A stretch of DNA of 32,000 nt from Synechococcus elongatus PCC 6301 (GTDB taxonomy: Bacteria; Cyanobacteriota; Cyanobacteriia; Synechococcales; Synechococcaceae), in the NCBI RefSeq assembly GCF_000010065.1, contig NC_006576.1:420001-452000 (forward strand), given 5' to 3'. A program made the translations under genes and the position numbers. Below are positions 6,506-14,724 of the stretch, one piece after another; the stretch's first letter is position 1; the number at the start of each line of letters is the position of its first letter. The notes below the pieces were generated by a model. That model made no database searches, was not told where the DNA came from, and saw only the letters and a list, made by a program, of their open reading frames with translations.

Positions 6506-7411
6506 CTAGGCGGCGATCGCCTTGGTGGCATAAGAACCTTGGGTAAGCTCCTGAAACACCCCAGGAGCCACAGGTTGCCAGTGAAGTAGTTGTCTGGCGC
6601 GATCGCCCGAGACCCGTTGATCGAGAGTAAGCGCATCGGCCAAATCTCCCCAGATTGCCCGAGCCTCCTCCAGCGTCAAGTGCTGCAAGCGATCACCCAG
6701 TCCTAATGTCTTGGCGATCGTCAGAGCCACTTGTTGCATCGAGACAGACTCGCCACTGGCACCAATCAGCAGGGTTCTGGCTGGTGCCTGCTCAATCGCT
6801 GCGACATAGAGTGCTGCCAGATCATCGATGTGAATGAAGGACCAAGCATTGTCTCCTGCACCAATCACGGGGACTGCCCCTTGGCTTTGGCCTGCTTGCA
6901 TCAGCATGGGAAGCAAGCCCCCACCCCGTCCATAGACGAGTGCAGGCCGAATCACGATCGATCGCACCCCTTGGTCAGCCGCCGACAAAACCAGTGCTTC
7001 CACGGCGGGTCGCCATGCCACCAGCGCTGGTGGATTGAGCGGGAACGTTTCATCCGCGACCGTTGCGCCGGTATTACCCATGACCCAAAGGCCGCTGGTG
7101 TAGAGGAAGGGTTTTTGAGTGCCTGCGATCGCTGCCAACAAAGTTTTCACAGCTTGCCGATCCACCAGACCCATAGCTGCATCATTGGTGGCAGCCGTGT
7201 GAATGACCGCATCAGCTTGAGCCGCGGCTTGTTGCAAGGCGACGGCATCCGTGAGGTCACCGCGACAGGGTTGAATTCCCGCAGCCTCTAGTCGCTGAGC
7301 CGTAGCTGCCGATCGCGCCAAGGCAGTCACCCGATGGCCTTTGGACTGAATAGCAGCCGCGATCGCCCGCCCTAAATAACCCGTTGCGCTTGTGAGGAGG
7401 ATGTTCATCAA
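6506..7411 (-). CDS. NAD(P)-dependent epimerase/NmrA-like SDR
   Basis: 301 aa; N-terminal 'ILLTSATGYLGRAIAAAIQSKGHRVTALAR' Rossmann motif, 'VIHTAATND', 'IRPALVYGRGGGLLPML'. Confidence 0.8.
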   Translation of the reverse strand: MMNILLTSATGYLGRAIAAAIQSKGHRVTALARSAATAQRLEAAGIQPCRGDLTDAVALQQAAAQADAVIHTAATNDAAMGLVDRQAVKTLLAAIAGTQKPFLYTSGLWVMGNTGATVADETFPLNPPALVAWRPAVEALVLSAADQGVRSIVIRPALVYGRGGGLLPMLMQAGQSQGAVPVIGAGDNAWSFIHIDDLAALYVAAIEQAPARTLLIGASGESVSMQQVALTIAKTLGLGDRLQHLTLEEARAIWGDLADALTLDQRVSGDRARQLLHWQPVAPGVFQELTQGSYATKAIAA

Positions 7412-7439
7412 TGATCCTTCGGGCTAGAACTCGCCCAGA

Positions 7440-7463
7440 AACTATCTTGATATCAAGATAGTT
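7440..7463. promoter_or_regulatory. Perfect 24-bp palindrome, probable MarR operator
   Basis: AACTATCTTGATATCAAGATAGTT between divergent SDR and MarR genes. Confidence 0.7.
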
Positions 7464-7485
7464 AAGGTAAAGGCGACTGTCAAGA

Positions 7486-7501
7486 ATCTCGACGTCGAGA
7501 T
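7486..7501. promoter_or_regulatory. Perfect 16-bp palindrome next to -10-like TATAAT
   Basis: ATCTCGACGTCGAGAT followed by TATAAT (7501-7506) and ATG at 7513. Confidence 0.5.
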
Positions 7502-7512
7502 ATAATGAAGCC

Positions 7513-8013
7513 ATGGCTTCAGACAAAATCGATCGCATTCTTGAGCAGTGGCAGCAGGAACTGCCCCAGGTCAACGTCGCTCCGCTCGCTGTCACGGGTC
7601 GGTTGTTGCGCATTGCCCGTCTGCTCGAAAAGCAGCGCGAGACCTTGCTGGCGAAGTACGGTCTCAGTGTTTGGTCCTTTGATGTGCTGGCAACGCTGCG
7701 CCGTCAGGGGCCGCCCTATCAACTCAAGCCAACGGATCTCTACAGCCTGTTGATGCTCTCCTCGGGGGCGATGACTAATCGCATCGATCGCCTAGAGCAG
7801 GATGGAATTGTGGTGCGATCGCGAAGTGGCAGCGATCGCCGTAGCGTGATTGTGCAACTGACGCCCAAAGGCATTGCGCTTGCAGATGCAGTGATGCCTG
7901 TCCTTTTTGCTCAAGAAGGGGCGCTGCTCTCCGAATTTGCGACTCCAGAGGAGGTGGAGAGACTTGTACCGCTCCTGAGAAGACTGCTGTTAGCAATGGA
8001 TGCAGCTGAGTAA
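7513..8013 (+). CDS. MarR-family transcriptional regulator
   Basis: 166 aa; 'LSSGAMTNRIDRLEQDGIVVRSRSGSDRRSVIVQLTPKGIALAD' winged-helix pattern. Confidence 0.9.
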   Translation: MASDKIDRILEQWQQELPQVNVAPLAVTGRLLRIARLLEKQRETLLAKYGLSVWSFDVLATLRRQGPPYQLKPTDLYSLLMLSSGAMTNRIDRLEQDGIVVRSRSGSDRRSVIVQLTPKGIALADAVMPVLFAQEGALLSEFATPEEVERLVPLLRRLLLAMDAAE

Positions 8014-8193
8014 TTAGGCCATTTCACAACGCAAAATCCGGCTACGAAGCAGCTAACTGTTTAGAGCCAGAGAACTTTCAAACCGAATTTTTAGAGCAGA
8101 CTGGTAGGCGATCGCTATTCCTTTGTGACGTCCAAACGATGTCACTTCTCTCATGTGGTTTAATTTTCACCAAGTTCAAACACCGCAGTTTAT

Positions 8194-8394
8194 GTGTATT
8201 TCTGTTTATTGGCTGCCATTGCTGTTTCCGGCTGTCATACTAGCGATGCTAGGAAAAGCCCCCCTATAAAAACGGTATCTTTGTGGACTCCTGAGTGGTC
8301 ACAGGAAGCTTTAGACTATCGTGGCCAGTCGCTGCTCAATTTGCAGAACACCGACGATGGAACAATCTTCACGCCAGTTCTTCGAGCAAATTAG
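8194..8394 (+). CDS. Possible small lipoprotein (66 aa, GTG start)
   Basis: 'MYFCLLAAIAVSGCHTSDARKSP' lipobox-like; overlaps the start of the downstream gene. Confidence 0.35.
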   Translation: MYFCLLAAIAVSGCHTSDARKSPPIKTVSLWTPEWSQEALDYRGQSLLNLQNTDDGTIFTPVLRAN

Positions 8395-11300
8395 CCGCGA
8401 AGATTGGGAACAAACGCCGGAAAGTGTTCAGCAACTCGTTAGAGCACTACTCGCTGAAAGCGACTTGGTCACCGAGGAAAGTGAACAAGCAAGTACTGGC
8501 CGTCTTGCCATCGATCAATACTTTCGAGAGAGTCTACGCTACCAACAGGTTGTCGAAGCCCAGACAGACTTGATTCTGCGATCGCGTTCAGATACGACGG
8601 TTGTATTTGCCAACAAACCTCTTTGTCAAGTTCTTGGTTGGCAAGATGGAGATATCAGCGGACAAACTTGGGGAAACTTGGTTCCTCCAAATGATCTCTC
8701 TGAACTTCATGAAAAAATTGCAGGATTAAGCCTAGAAAATCCAACTTTTGAAAGCTTAAACCGTAACTACGGAGCTGATCAGAGAATAAAATGGATTCAA
8801 TGGGTTAATCAAGGCATCTTTAATGACAGAGGAGAGCTGATTGAGATCCAGTCTGTTGGCCGAGATGTCACAACTCTAATTGAGCAAATCACAAGGGAAA
8901 AAACATTAAATTATGTCTTTGAAGCAATCCGAAATTCCCTGGATTTAGAGGTTATTTTTGCAACTGCAACTAAAGAATTAGCGAAAACATTAAATGGTTT
9001 AGATTGTTATATTGTCCAGTATTTGGAAGAGCAAAGAATCTGGACTCATGTTGCTGAGTTTCAGCATGACGAAAATCAAGAATCAAGACTCGGCATTGAG
9101 ATTCAGGACTTAGACAACCCTTTCGCAGAACAGTTAAAAAAATTCCAAGTTGTTAGAGTTGAAAATACTCAAAATATTAATGACAAGATCAATAGAGAGC
9201 TAGCTAAGTCTACACCTGGAGCGTGGCTACTGGTTCCCTTGATTGTTGAAGAAAAATTATGGGGGAGCTTCACAATTGTTTCAAATCAGAAACCTTTTAT
9301 ATGGAGTGATGGTTATGTTGATCTTGCCAGAAGTATTTCTAGACAATTAGAGATTGCTATTTATCAAGCTGATCTCTATCAAAAAATTCAACAGGAACTA
9401 AGCGATCGCAGCAAAGCAGAGCTGGCTCTACAAGAAAGCCAGACCCGATTTCAAAGAATCGCTGACAATTTGCCAGGAATTATTTATGGCTATAAATTGA
9501 GGCAGGATGGCACAGATCAATTCACCTATATTAGTTCTGGTTTTAGAGAGGTTTATGGCATTGATCCAGAAACAGCTTTAGAAAACAGTAATGTTGTTTG
9601 GGGAATGATTCATCCAGAAGATATTGAGTACTTAAAGACTTCAATCATCAAGTCTCAGCAAACACTTAAAACTTGGAAGGTTGAATATCGAATCATTACT
9701 AAGAATGGTGAATTAAAATGGATGCAGGGACGAGCTCGTCCGACTCGCCAAGAAAACGGTGAGACTTTTTGGGATGGACTCATTATTGATATTAGCGATC
9801 GCAAAAAAATAGAAGCTGAATTACAAACAAGTGAGGAGCGCTATCGGCTACTAGCTGAAAATATGAATGATTTAGTCTGTTTGCATCAAGCAGATGGAAC
9901 TTACCTTTATGTCAGCCCTTCTGCTGAAGCCCTACTGGGATTCAGTAGTGAGGAAATGGTCGGCCAGAACCCCTATGATTTTTTCCACCCAGAAGACTGC
10001 GATCGCATCCGAGATGAAGCTCACCAAGCCGTGTTAATGGGGGCCGAACTACCGATTGTTTATCGAATGCGAAAAAAACTAGGGGGATATATTTGGTTTG
10101 AGACTCTCACTAAACCGATCATGGATGATCAAGGTGTTGTGATTGGACTACAAACAACCTCTCGGGATGTAACTCAGCGTATTGAAATTCAAAATCAGCT
10201 TCAATATGATGCTTGTCACGATAGTCTAACGGGGTTAGCTAACCGTAATTTACTAATTGAAAGACTTGAACTATCGCTTAAAAGATCAAAAAGATTACAA
10301 AACTATAAGTACGCAGTCTTATTCCTTGATCTCGATCGCTTCAAAGTGATTAACGATAGCTTGGGGCATATCACAGGCGATCAGCTTTTGGTCAGCATCG
10401 CCCAAAAGCTACAGTCAATAATTCGCTCTCATGACTTGGCTGCTCGCTTAGGAGGTGATGAATTTGTAGTTCTAGTCGAGGATATTCAAACCTTTGATGA
10501 GCCAATCAAAGTTGCCGAGCGAATTCTTGCAGCTATTCAAGTTCCTTTAGAACTCGAAGAACGGTCAATTTACACCTCAACAAGTATTGGCATTGTCTTT
10601 GGTAGCCATGAGTATGAGAGTGCAACACAGCTGCTGAGAGATGCGGATACTGCGATGTATCGGGCAAAATCTAGGGGTAGAGCTCGCTACGAAGTTTTTG
10701 ATAGCGCAATGCATTCTCAAGCTTTAGCGAGGTTACATCTCGAAAATGACTTGCGGCAAGCGATCGCTCGACAAGAATTTGTCCTCTACTACCAGCCAAT
10801 TATCCAATTGCAGACTGGTAAGATTACAGGCTTCGAGGCTTTGATTCGTTGGCAGCATCCAACTGAGGGCATCAAGCTGCCGATCGACCTAATCCCTATT
10901 GCGGAAGAGACGGGTTTAATCACCAGTATTGACTATTGGGTACTAAATCAAGCCTGTCGGCAGCTCTCTGAATGGCAAGCCAGCTATTCACAGGCAGCAG
11001 ATTTAAGTATGAGCGTGAATCTATCGGCTCAAAACCTTCAGCATGACCACCTCATGGATGAAATTCAATCGGTTTTGCAAGCTACAAAGATTAAGCCTGG
11101 CTCATTAACTTTAGAAATTACGGAAAGTATGCTGATTGAAAATACCGATCAGACAATTCAACTACTTGCCGCCATTAATGAGCAAGGCATAGAAATTAGC
11201 ATTGATGACTTTGGAACCGGATATTCCTCGTTGAGTTATCTGCACAAACTACCTGTCAACAACCTAAAGGTTGATGGCTCGTTTGTTCGTAAAATTACGA

Positions 11301-11500
11301 CTGAATCAACTAATTACCAGATCGTTAATACTATCATTGCCCTAAATAATCAACTAGGACTAAAAGCGATCGCAGAGGGAATTGAAACCCATGAGCAACT
11401 CGACCTACTTAGTCAGTTAGGCTACCAGTATGGCCAAGGATATCTCTTTGCTAGACCCCTTAATGCCAAAGATGTTGAGCAGCTTTTCTTGAGCAATTAA
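8357..11500 (+). CDS. GAF/PAS-GGDEF-EAL sensory protein (c-di-GMP turnover)
   Basis: 'RLGGDEFVVLVED', 'GFEALIRWQHPTEG', 'SIDDFGTGYSSLSYL'; PAS-like repeats with 'RRDVT'-type ends. ORF track begins 8321; 8357 chosen as likely ATG. Confidence 0.92.
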   Translation: MEQSSRQFFEQISREDWEQTPESVQQLVRALLAESDLVTEESEQASTGRLAIDQYFRESLRYQQVVEAQTDLILRSRSDTTVVFANKPLCQVLGWQDGDISGQTWGNLVPPNDLSELHEKIAGLSLENPTFESLNRNYGADQRIKWIQWVNQGIFNDRGELIEIQSVGRDVTTLIEQITREKTLNYVFEAIRNSLDLEVIFATATKELAKTLNGLDCYIVQYLEEQRIWTHVAEFQHDENQESRLGIEIQDLDNPFAEQLKKFQVVRVENTQNINDKINRELAKSTPGAWLLVPLIVEEKLWGSFTIVSNQKPFIWSDGYVDLARSISRQLEIAIYQADLYQKIQQELSDRSKAELALQESQTRFQRIADNLPGIIYGYKLRQDGTDQFTYISSGFREVYGIDPETALENSNVVWGMIHPEDIEYLKTSIIKSQQTLKTWKVEYRIITKNGELKWMQGRARPTRQENGETFWDGLIIDISDRKKIEAELQTSEERYRLLAENMNDLVCLHQADGTYLYVSPSAEALLGFSSEEMVGQNPYDFFHPEDCDRIRDEAHQAVLMGAELPIVYRMRKKLGGYIWFETLTKPIMDDQGVVIGLQTTSRDVTQRIEIQNQLQYDACHDSLTGLANRNLLIERLELSLKRSKRLQNYKYAVLFLDLDRFKVINDSLGHITGDQLLVSIAQKLQSIIRSHDLAARLGGDEFVVLVEDIQTFDEPIKVAERILAAIQVPLELEERSIYTSTSIGIVFGSHEYESATQLLRDADTAMYRAKSRGRARYEVFDSAMHSQALARLHLENDLRQAIARQEFVLYYQPIIQLQTGKITGFEALIRWQHPTEGIKLPIDLIPIAEETGLITSIDYWVLNQACRQLSEWQASYSQAADLSMSVNLSAQNLQHDHLMDEIQSVLQATKIKPGSLTLEITESMLIENTDQTIQLLAAINEQGIEISIDDFGTGYSSLSYLHKLPVNNLKVDGSFVRKITTESTNYQIVNTIIALNNQLGLKAIAEGIETHEQLDLLSQLGYQYGQGYLFARPLNAKDVEQLFLSN

Positions 11501-11538
11501 AATCCTCAGGGCTAGACTAAGTTGCGATATTTAATTGT

Positions 11539-14500
11539 TTAGTTTTTACTAGTTGCCTCGCAAATACTGCGATAGCTGCAATATTGACAGCAGAGTCCTG
11601 GCTGAGGATCAAAGTCACCTTGGGCTAACTGGACGGCAGCTCGTTCAGCTTGATCAGGAATGAATTCAATTTCAATCCAATCCAGTTGATTGTGGCGGAG
11701 CCAAGCGATCGCGGCTTGTGGGCGATTGAGAGCCGCAGCATAAGCCCAAAGCTGCAACTGATAATTCTCTGGTTGAGGTTGCTGATCGGTTTTGAAATCC
11801 AGGACCCAATCCGCTCCGACTAGATCGGCCCGCCCCTTGAGCACTAGGCCGCTACTGAGTTCCAAGTGCAGAGTCACTTCACGCTGTTGAGCCTGCTCAC
11901 GAACAGCGCTGTAAACGGGTTCCGTCGCAAAGCAGCTAGCTAACTGCAGTGCCTGCGGAATCAGGTCTTGATCTTCAGCAGCACAGTAAGGCTTGAGTGC
12001 TTCTGGCTGACGTAAATCGAGTTCAAGGGCACGATGGACTAAGAGCCCTAGTTGTGGCGGCCGATCGCTCGTCCCTGCGCCTTCCCCATCGATCGCGCCG
12101 GGATGCCCCTGGGTATAGCGGAAGTGAAAAAGGGCTGGACAACGGAAATAGTCCGCAAATGCTGAAACAGAGAGCTCACTGTACTGGGGAGCGATCGCGG
12201 CTGTGGACTGCCAGAACAGGGGTGCATCCGCAGTGGGTAACGTCGCCGTAACCGCAATCTCCGTTCCTGAGTTGGGATCAAGCGGTTGGATCGCAGCTTG
12301 TTCTAGTCCGGGGGCGAGTAGATCCAGAGGCGATCGCGCCTCTGCAGATTTGGGACTGGTGAGCAGGAGCAAGTCACGCGCCCGCGTAAAGCCAACGTAG
12401 AGTAACCGCCTGGTTTCGGCGTCTTCGGCTTGCTGTTTGCGGTACTTGAAAAACTGATAGGCAGCGGCCTGTTCTTTGACGTAGGGTTGCCGCAGAGCGA
12501 CTCCGAGCTCAGTATCAAACAGAACTGTTTCAGCTTGCGATCTCGGTTTAGCGGTGAGATCGGGAATGATCACGACCGGCCATTCCGAACCCTTTGATCC
12601 GTGTAAGGTCATCAGGGTAACGGCATTACCCGCTTTTAGGACGGGACGCGGCAGGACGACTTCGGCCTGTTGTAATTGCTTCCAATAGCGCAGCAACAAC
12701 TCCAGATCATGCGCTTGAGGTTGTTCACGCAGAAAGGTCAGCAGGGCTTGCCAATCGGCCAGCAGTCGTTGAGCTTGGGGTAAGCTAGCCAGCACAGCAC
12801 TGTAGCCCGTGGCGCGATCGAACTGCTGCACCAGCCGCAGAGGTGATTCGAAAAAGCGCGATCGCAGCAGGCCTTCCAAAATTTTGATGGCGGCCGCAAA
12901 CGCTGGATCTGGCCGTTCCTGACGATGACTCCACCAGCCTTTGCCTTGCTGGGCTCGCTGATAGAGCTGGGCATCGCTGAGGCCAAAGGCCGGACTGCGC
13001 AACAGGGTCGCTAGGGCGAGGTCGTTGCTGGGATAGACCAAAAACTCCAGCAGCGCTTGCAAGTCATAACCGACAGGGGTTTCGAGGAGGCTACCGCCCC
13101 CATTGACCAGCACGGGAATCCCAGCCTGATTGAGAACTTCGCCGTAGACCGTTTCCAAGGGTGCGCGCCGCCGGCAGAGAATGGCAATGTCGCCGTAGGC
13201 GATCGGGCGATGTTGGTTGCTCGGCTTGTCCCAAACCAGTAGTGGTTGCTGGATCCAAGTCTGGATCTGCTGAGCGATCGCGGTGGCTTCTTGGATGCGG
13301 GCTTGCTCGAGAGAATCTTTCTCTTCCGGCTCAATCACCAGTTGCTGAATGGGTGGCAGCGGATGGGGCGGCTGGCGATCGCTGCGGAGAGGTTGATAGG
13401 GATCAAGCACCGGCTCAAAGACTTGATTGATGGTTTCGAGCAGCGTTTGGTGGGTGCGGAAGCTCTGGCTCAGCGTGACGATGTGCCCTTGGTGCTGCTG
13501 GATTTGCTGTTGCCAATTGCGAAACACTTGAGTGGCCGCGCCACGGAAGCCATAGATCGACTGCTTCTCATCACCAACCAAAGTCAGGATCAGGTGTTGT
13601 GGATCCCAGAGGGCTTGCAGAATCTGGCTTTGCGTGGGGTTGGTGTCTTGGAATTCATCGACAAAGCAATAGCGCCAGCGTTGTTGATAGTGCGATCGCA
13701 CGGCTTCGCTTTCGAGTGCTCGCACCGCACCACGCTCTAGGTCATTGAAGTCGAGGCAGCGATCCTGTCGCTTGCGAGCATCAATGCTCTTAAGAACGGT
13801 TTCAAACGCTTCGTAGATCCGCGATCGCTGGTCTCGATTCCAATCATCTGCCTCGTTAGGACGCAGACTCAGCAATGATTCCTCATCCCTGAGGCGATCG
13901 CGGAGAACTTTGCACTGGGTGCGCAACAGCTTTGCCGTATCGGCACTGCCCCAGTTTTTCGCTGAGCCAGCCTGAGTCAGTTTCAGCTTAATGAATTCGT
14001 CATAGGTTGCTTGCCAATTTGAGTTGGCCGGATCGAAGAGCGTATCTGACCAAGCGAGAATTTGCTGAATTTGGTCGCTGAGAGCATCCGCTTCACGCCA
14101 ACTTGCTCCGCTGAGATCCTCGATCGCAGCTTGCCAATCAGAGGACTGCTGGATTTGTTGCAGGCGATCGCGCTGAGCTTGAGCGAGTACCTCACGCCAT
14201 TGTTCAGATTCGACTGCGAGTAGCGCTTGACTGCGAACCGGATCATCCAGCAGCGTTTCGAGCAGCGGTCGCCACTCGCTGTAATCCATGACATCGAAGC
14301 AGCTTGGATCCAGTTCCTGCATCGCTGCCGTCAGCACGGTCTGCTGCCAGAGCTTGCCTGCAAGATCATCGAGGATCGTGAAATCCGCCGGTTGTCCCGC
14401 TGCGGCGGGATGTTCGCGACAAATCCGGGCACAGAGGCTATGAAAGGTACTGATTTGAGCAGCTTCAACTTCAGCCAACCAATCAGAGCGATCGGGCCAT

Positions 14501-14724
14501 TTGTTCCCAACGGCTTTACGGATCCGCGATCGCAATTCAGCGGCTGCCTTCTCGGTAAAGGTCAGCACGACAATTTCCAGCGGCGAAACCGACTCGGACG
14601 CTTGCTGTAGATGCCAGAGGTAGCGCTGACTGAGCAATTCTGTTTTGCCGGTGCCAGCACCCGCCGTAACCGCTACCGAACCTGCTGCTTGAACAGCTTG
14701 GCGTTGTTCCTCAGTCAGCTTCAT
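11539..14724 (-). CDS. UvrD-type helicase/exonuclease, AddA-like subunit with C-terminal PD-(D/E)XK domain
   Basis: 1061 aa; Walker A 'TAGAGTGKTELL', 'FVDEFQDTNPTQ', 'GDEKQSIYGFRGA', 'LHGSKGSEWPVV', C-terminal 'KGRADLVGADWVLDFKTD'. Confidence 0.88.
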   Translation of the reverse strand: MKLTEEQRQAVQAAGSVAVTAGAGTGKTELLSQRYLWHLQQASESVSPLEIVVLTFTEKAAAELRSRIRKAVGNKWPDRSDWLAEVEAAQISTFHSLCARICREHPAAAGQPADFTILDDLAGKLWQQTVLTAAMQELDPSCFDVMDYSEWRPLLETLLDDPVRSQALLAVESEQWREVLAQAQRDRLQQIQQSSDWQAAIEDLSGASWREADALSDQIQQILAWSDTLFDPANSNWQATYDEFIKLKLTQAGSAKNWGSADTAKLLRTQCKVLRDRLRDEESLLSLRPNEADDWNRDQRSRIYEAFETVLKSIDARKRQDRCLDFNDLERGAVRALESEAVRSHYQQRWRYCFVDEFQDTNPTQSQILQALWDPQHLILTLVGDEKQSIYGFRGAATQVFRNWQQQIQQHQGHIVTLSQSFRTHQTLLETINQVFEPVLDPYQPLRSDRQPPHPLPPIQQLVIEPEEKDSLEQARIQEATAIAQQIQTWIQQPLLVWDKPSNQHRPIAYGDIAILCRRRAPLETVYGEVLNQAGIPVLVNGGGSLLETPVGYDLQALLEFLVYPSNDLALATLLRSPAFGLSDAQLYQRAQQGKGWWSHRQERPDPAFAAAIKILEGLLRSRFFESPLRLVQQFDRATGYSAVLASLPQAQRLLADWQALLTFLREQPQAHDLELLLRYWKQLQQAEVVLPRPVLKAGNAVTLMTLHGSKGSEWPVVIIPDLTAKPRSQAETVLFDTELGVALRQPYVKEQAAAYQFFKYRKQQAEDAETRRLLYVGFTRARDLLLLTSPKSAEARSPLDLLAPGLEQAAIQPLDPNSGTEIAVTATLPTADAPLFWQSTAAIAPQYSELSVSAFADYFRCPALFHFRYTQGHPGAIDGEGAGTSDRPPQLGLLVHRALELDLRQPEALKPYCAAEDQDLIPQALQLASCFATEPVYSAVREQAQQREVTLHLELSSGLVLKGRADLVGADWVLDFKTDQQPQPENYQLQLWAYAAALNRPQAAIAWLRHNQLDWIEIEFIPDQAERAAVQLAQGDFDPQPGLCCQYCSYRSICEATSKN

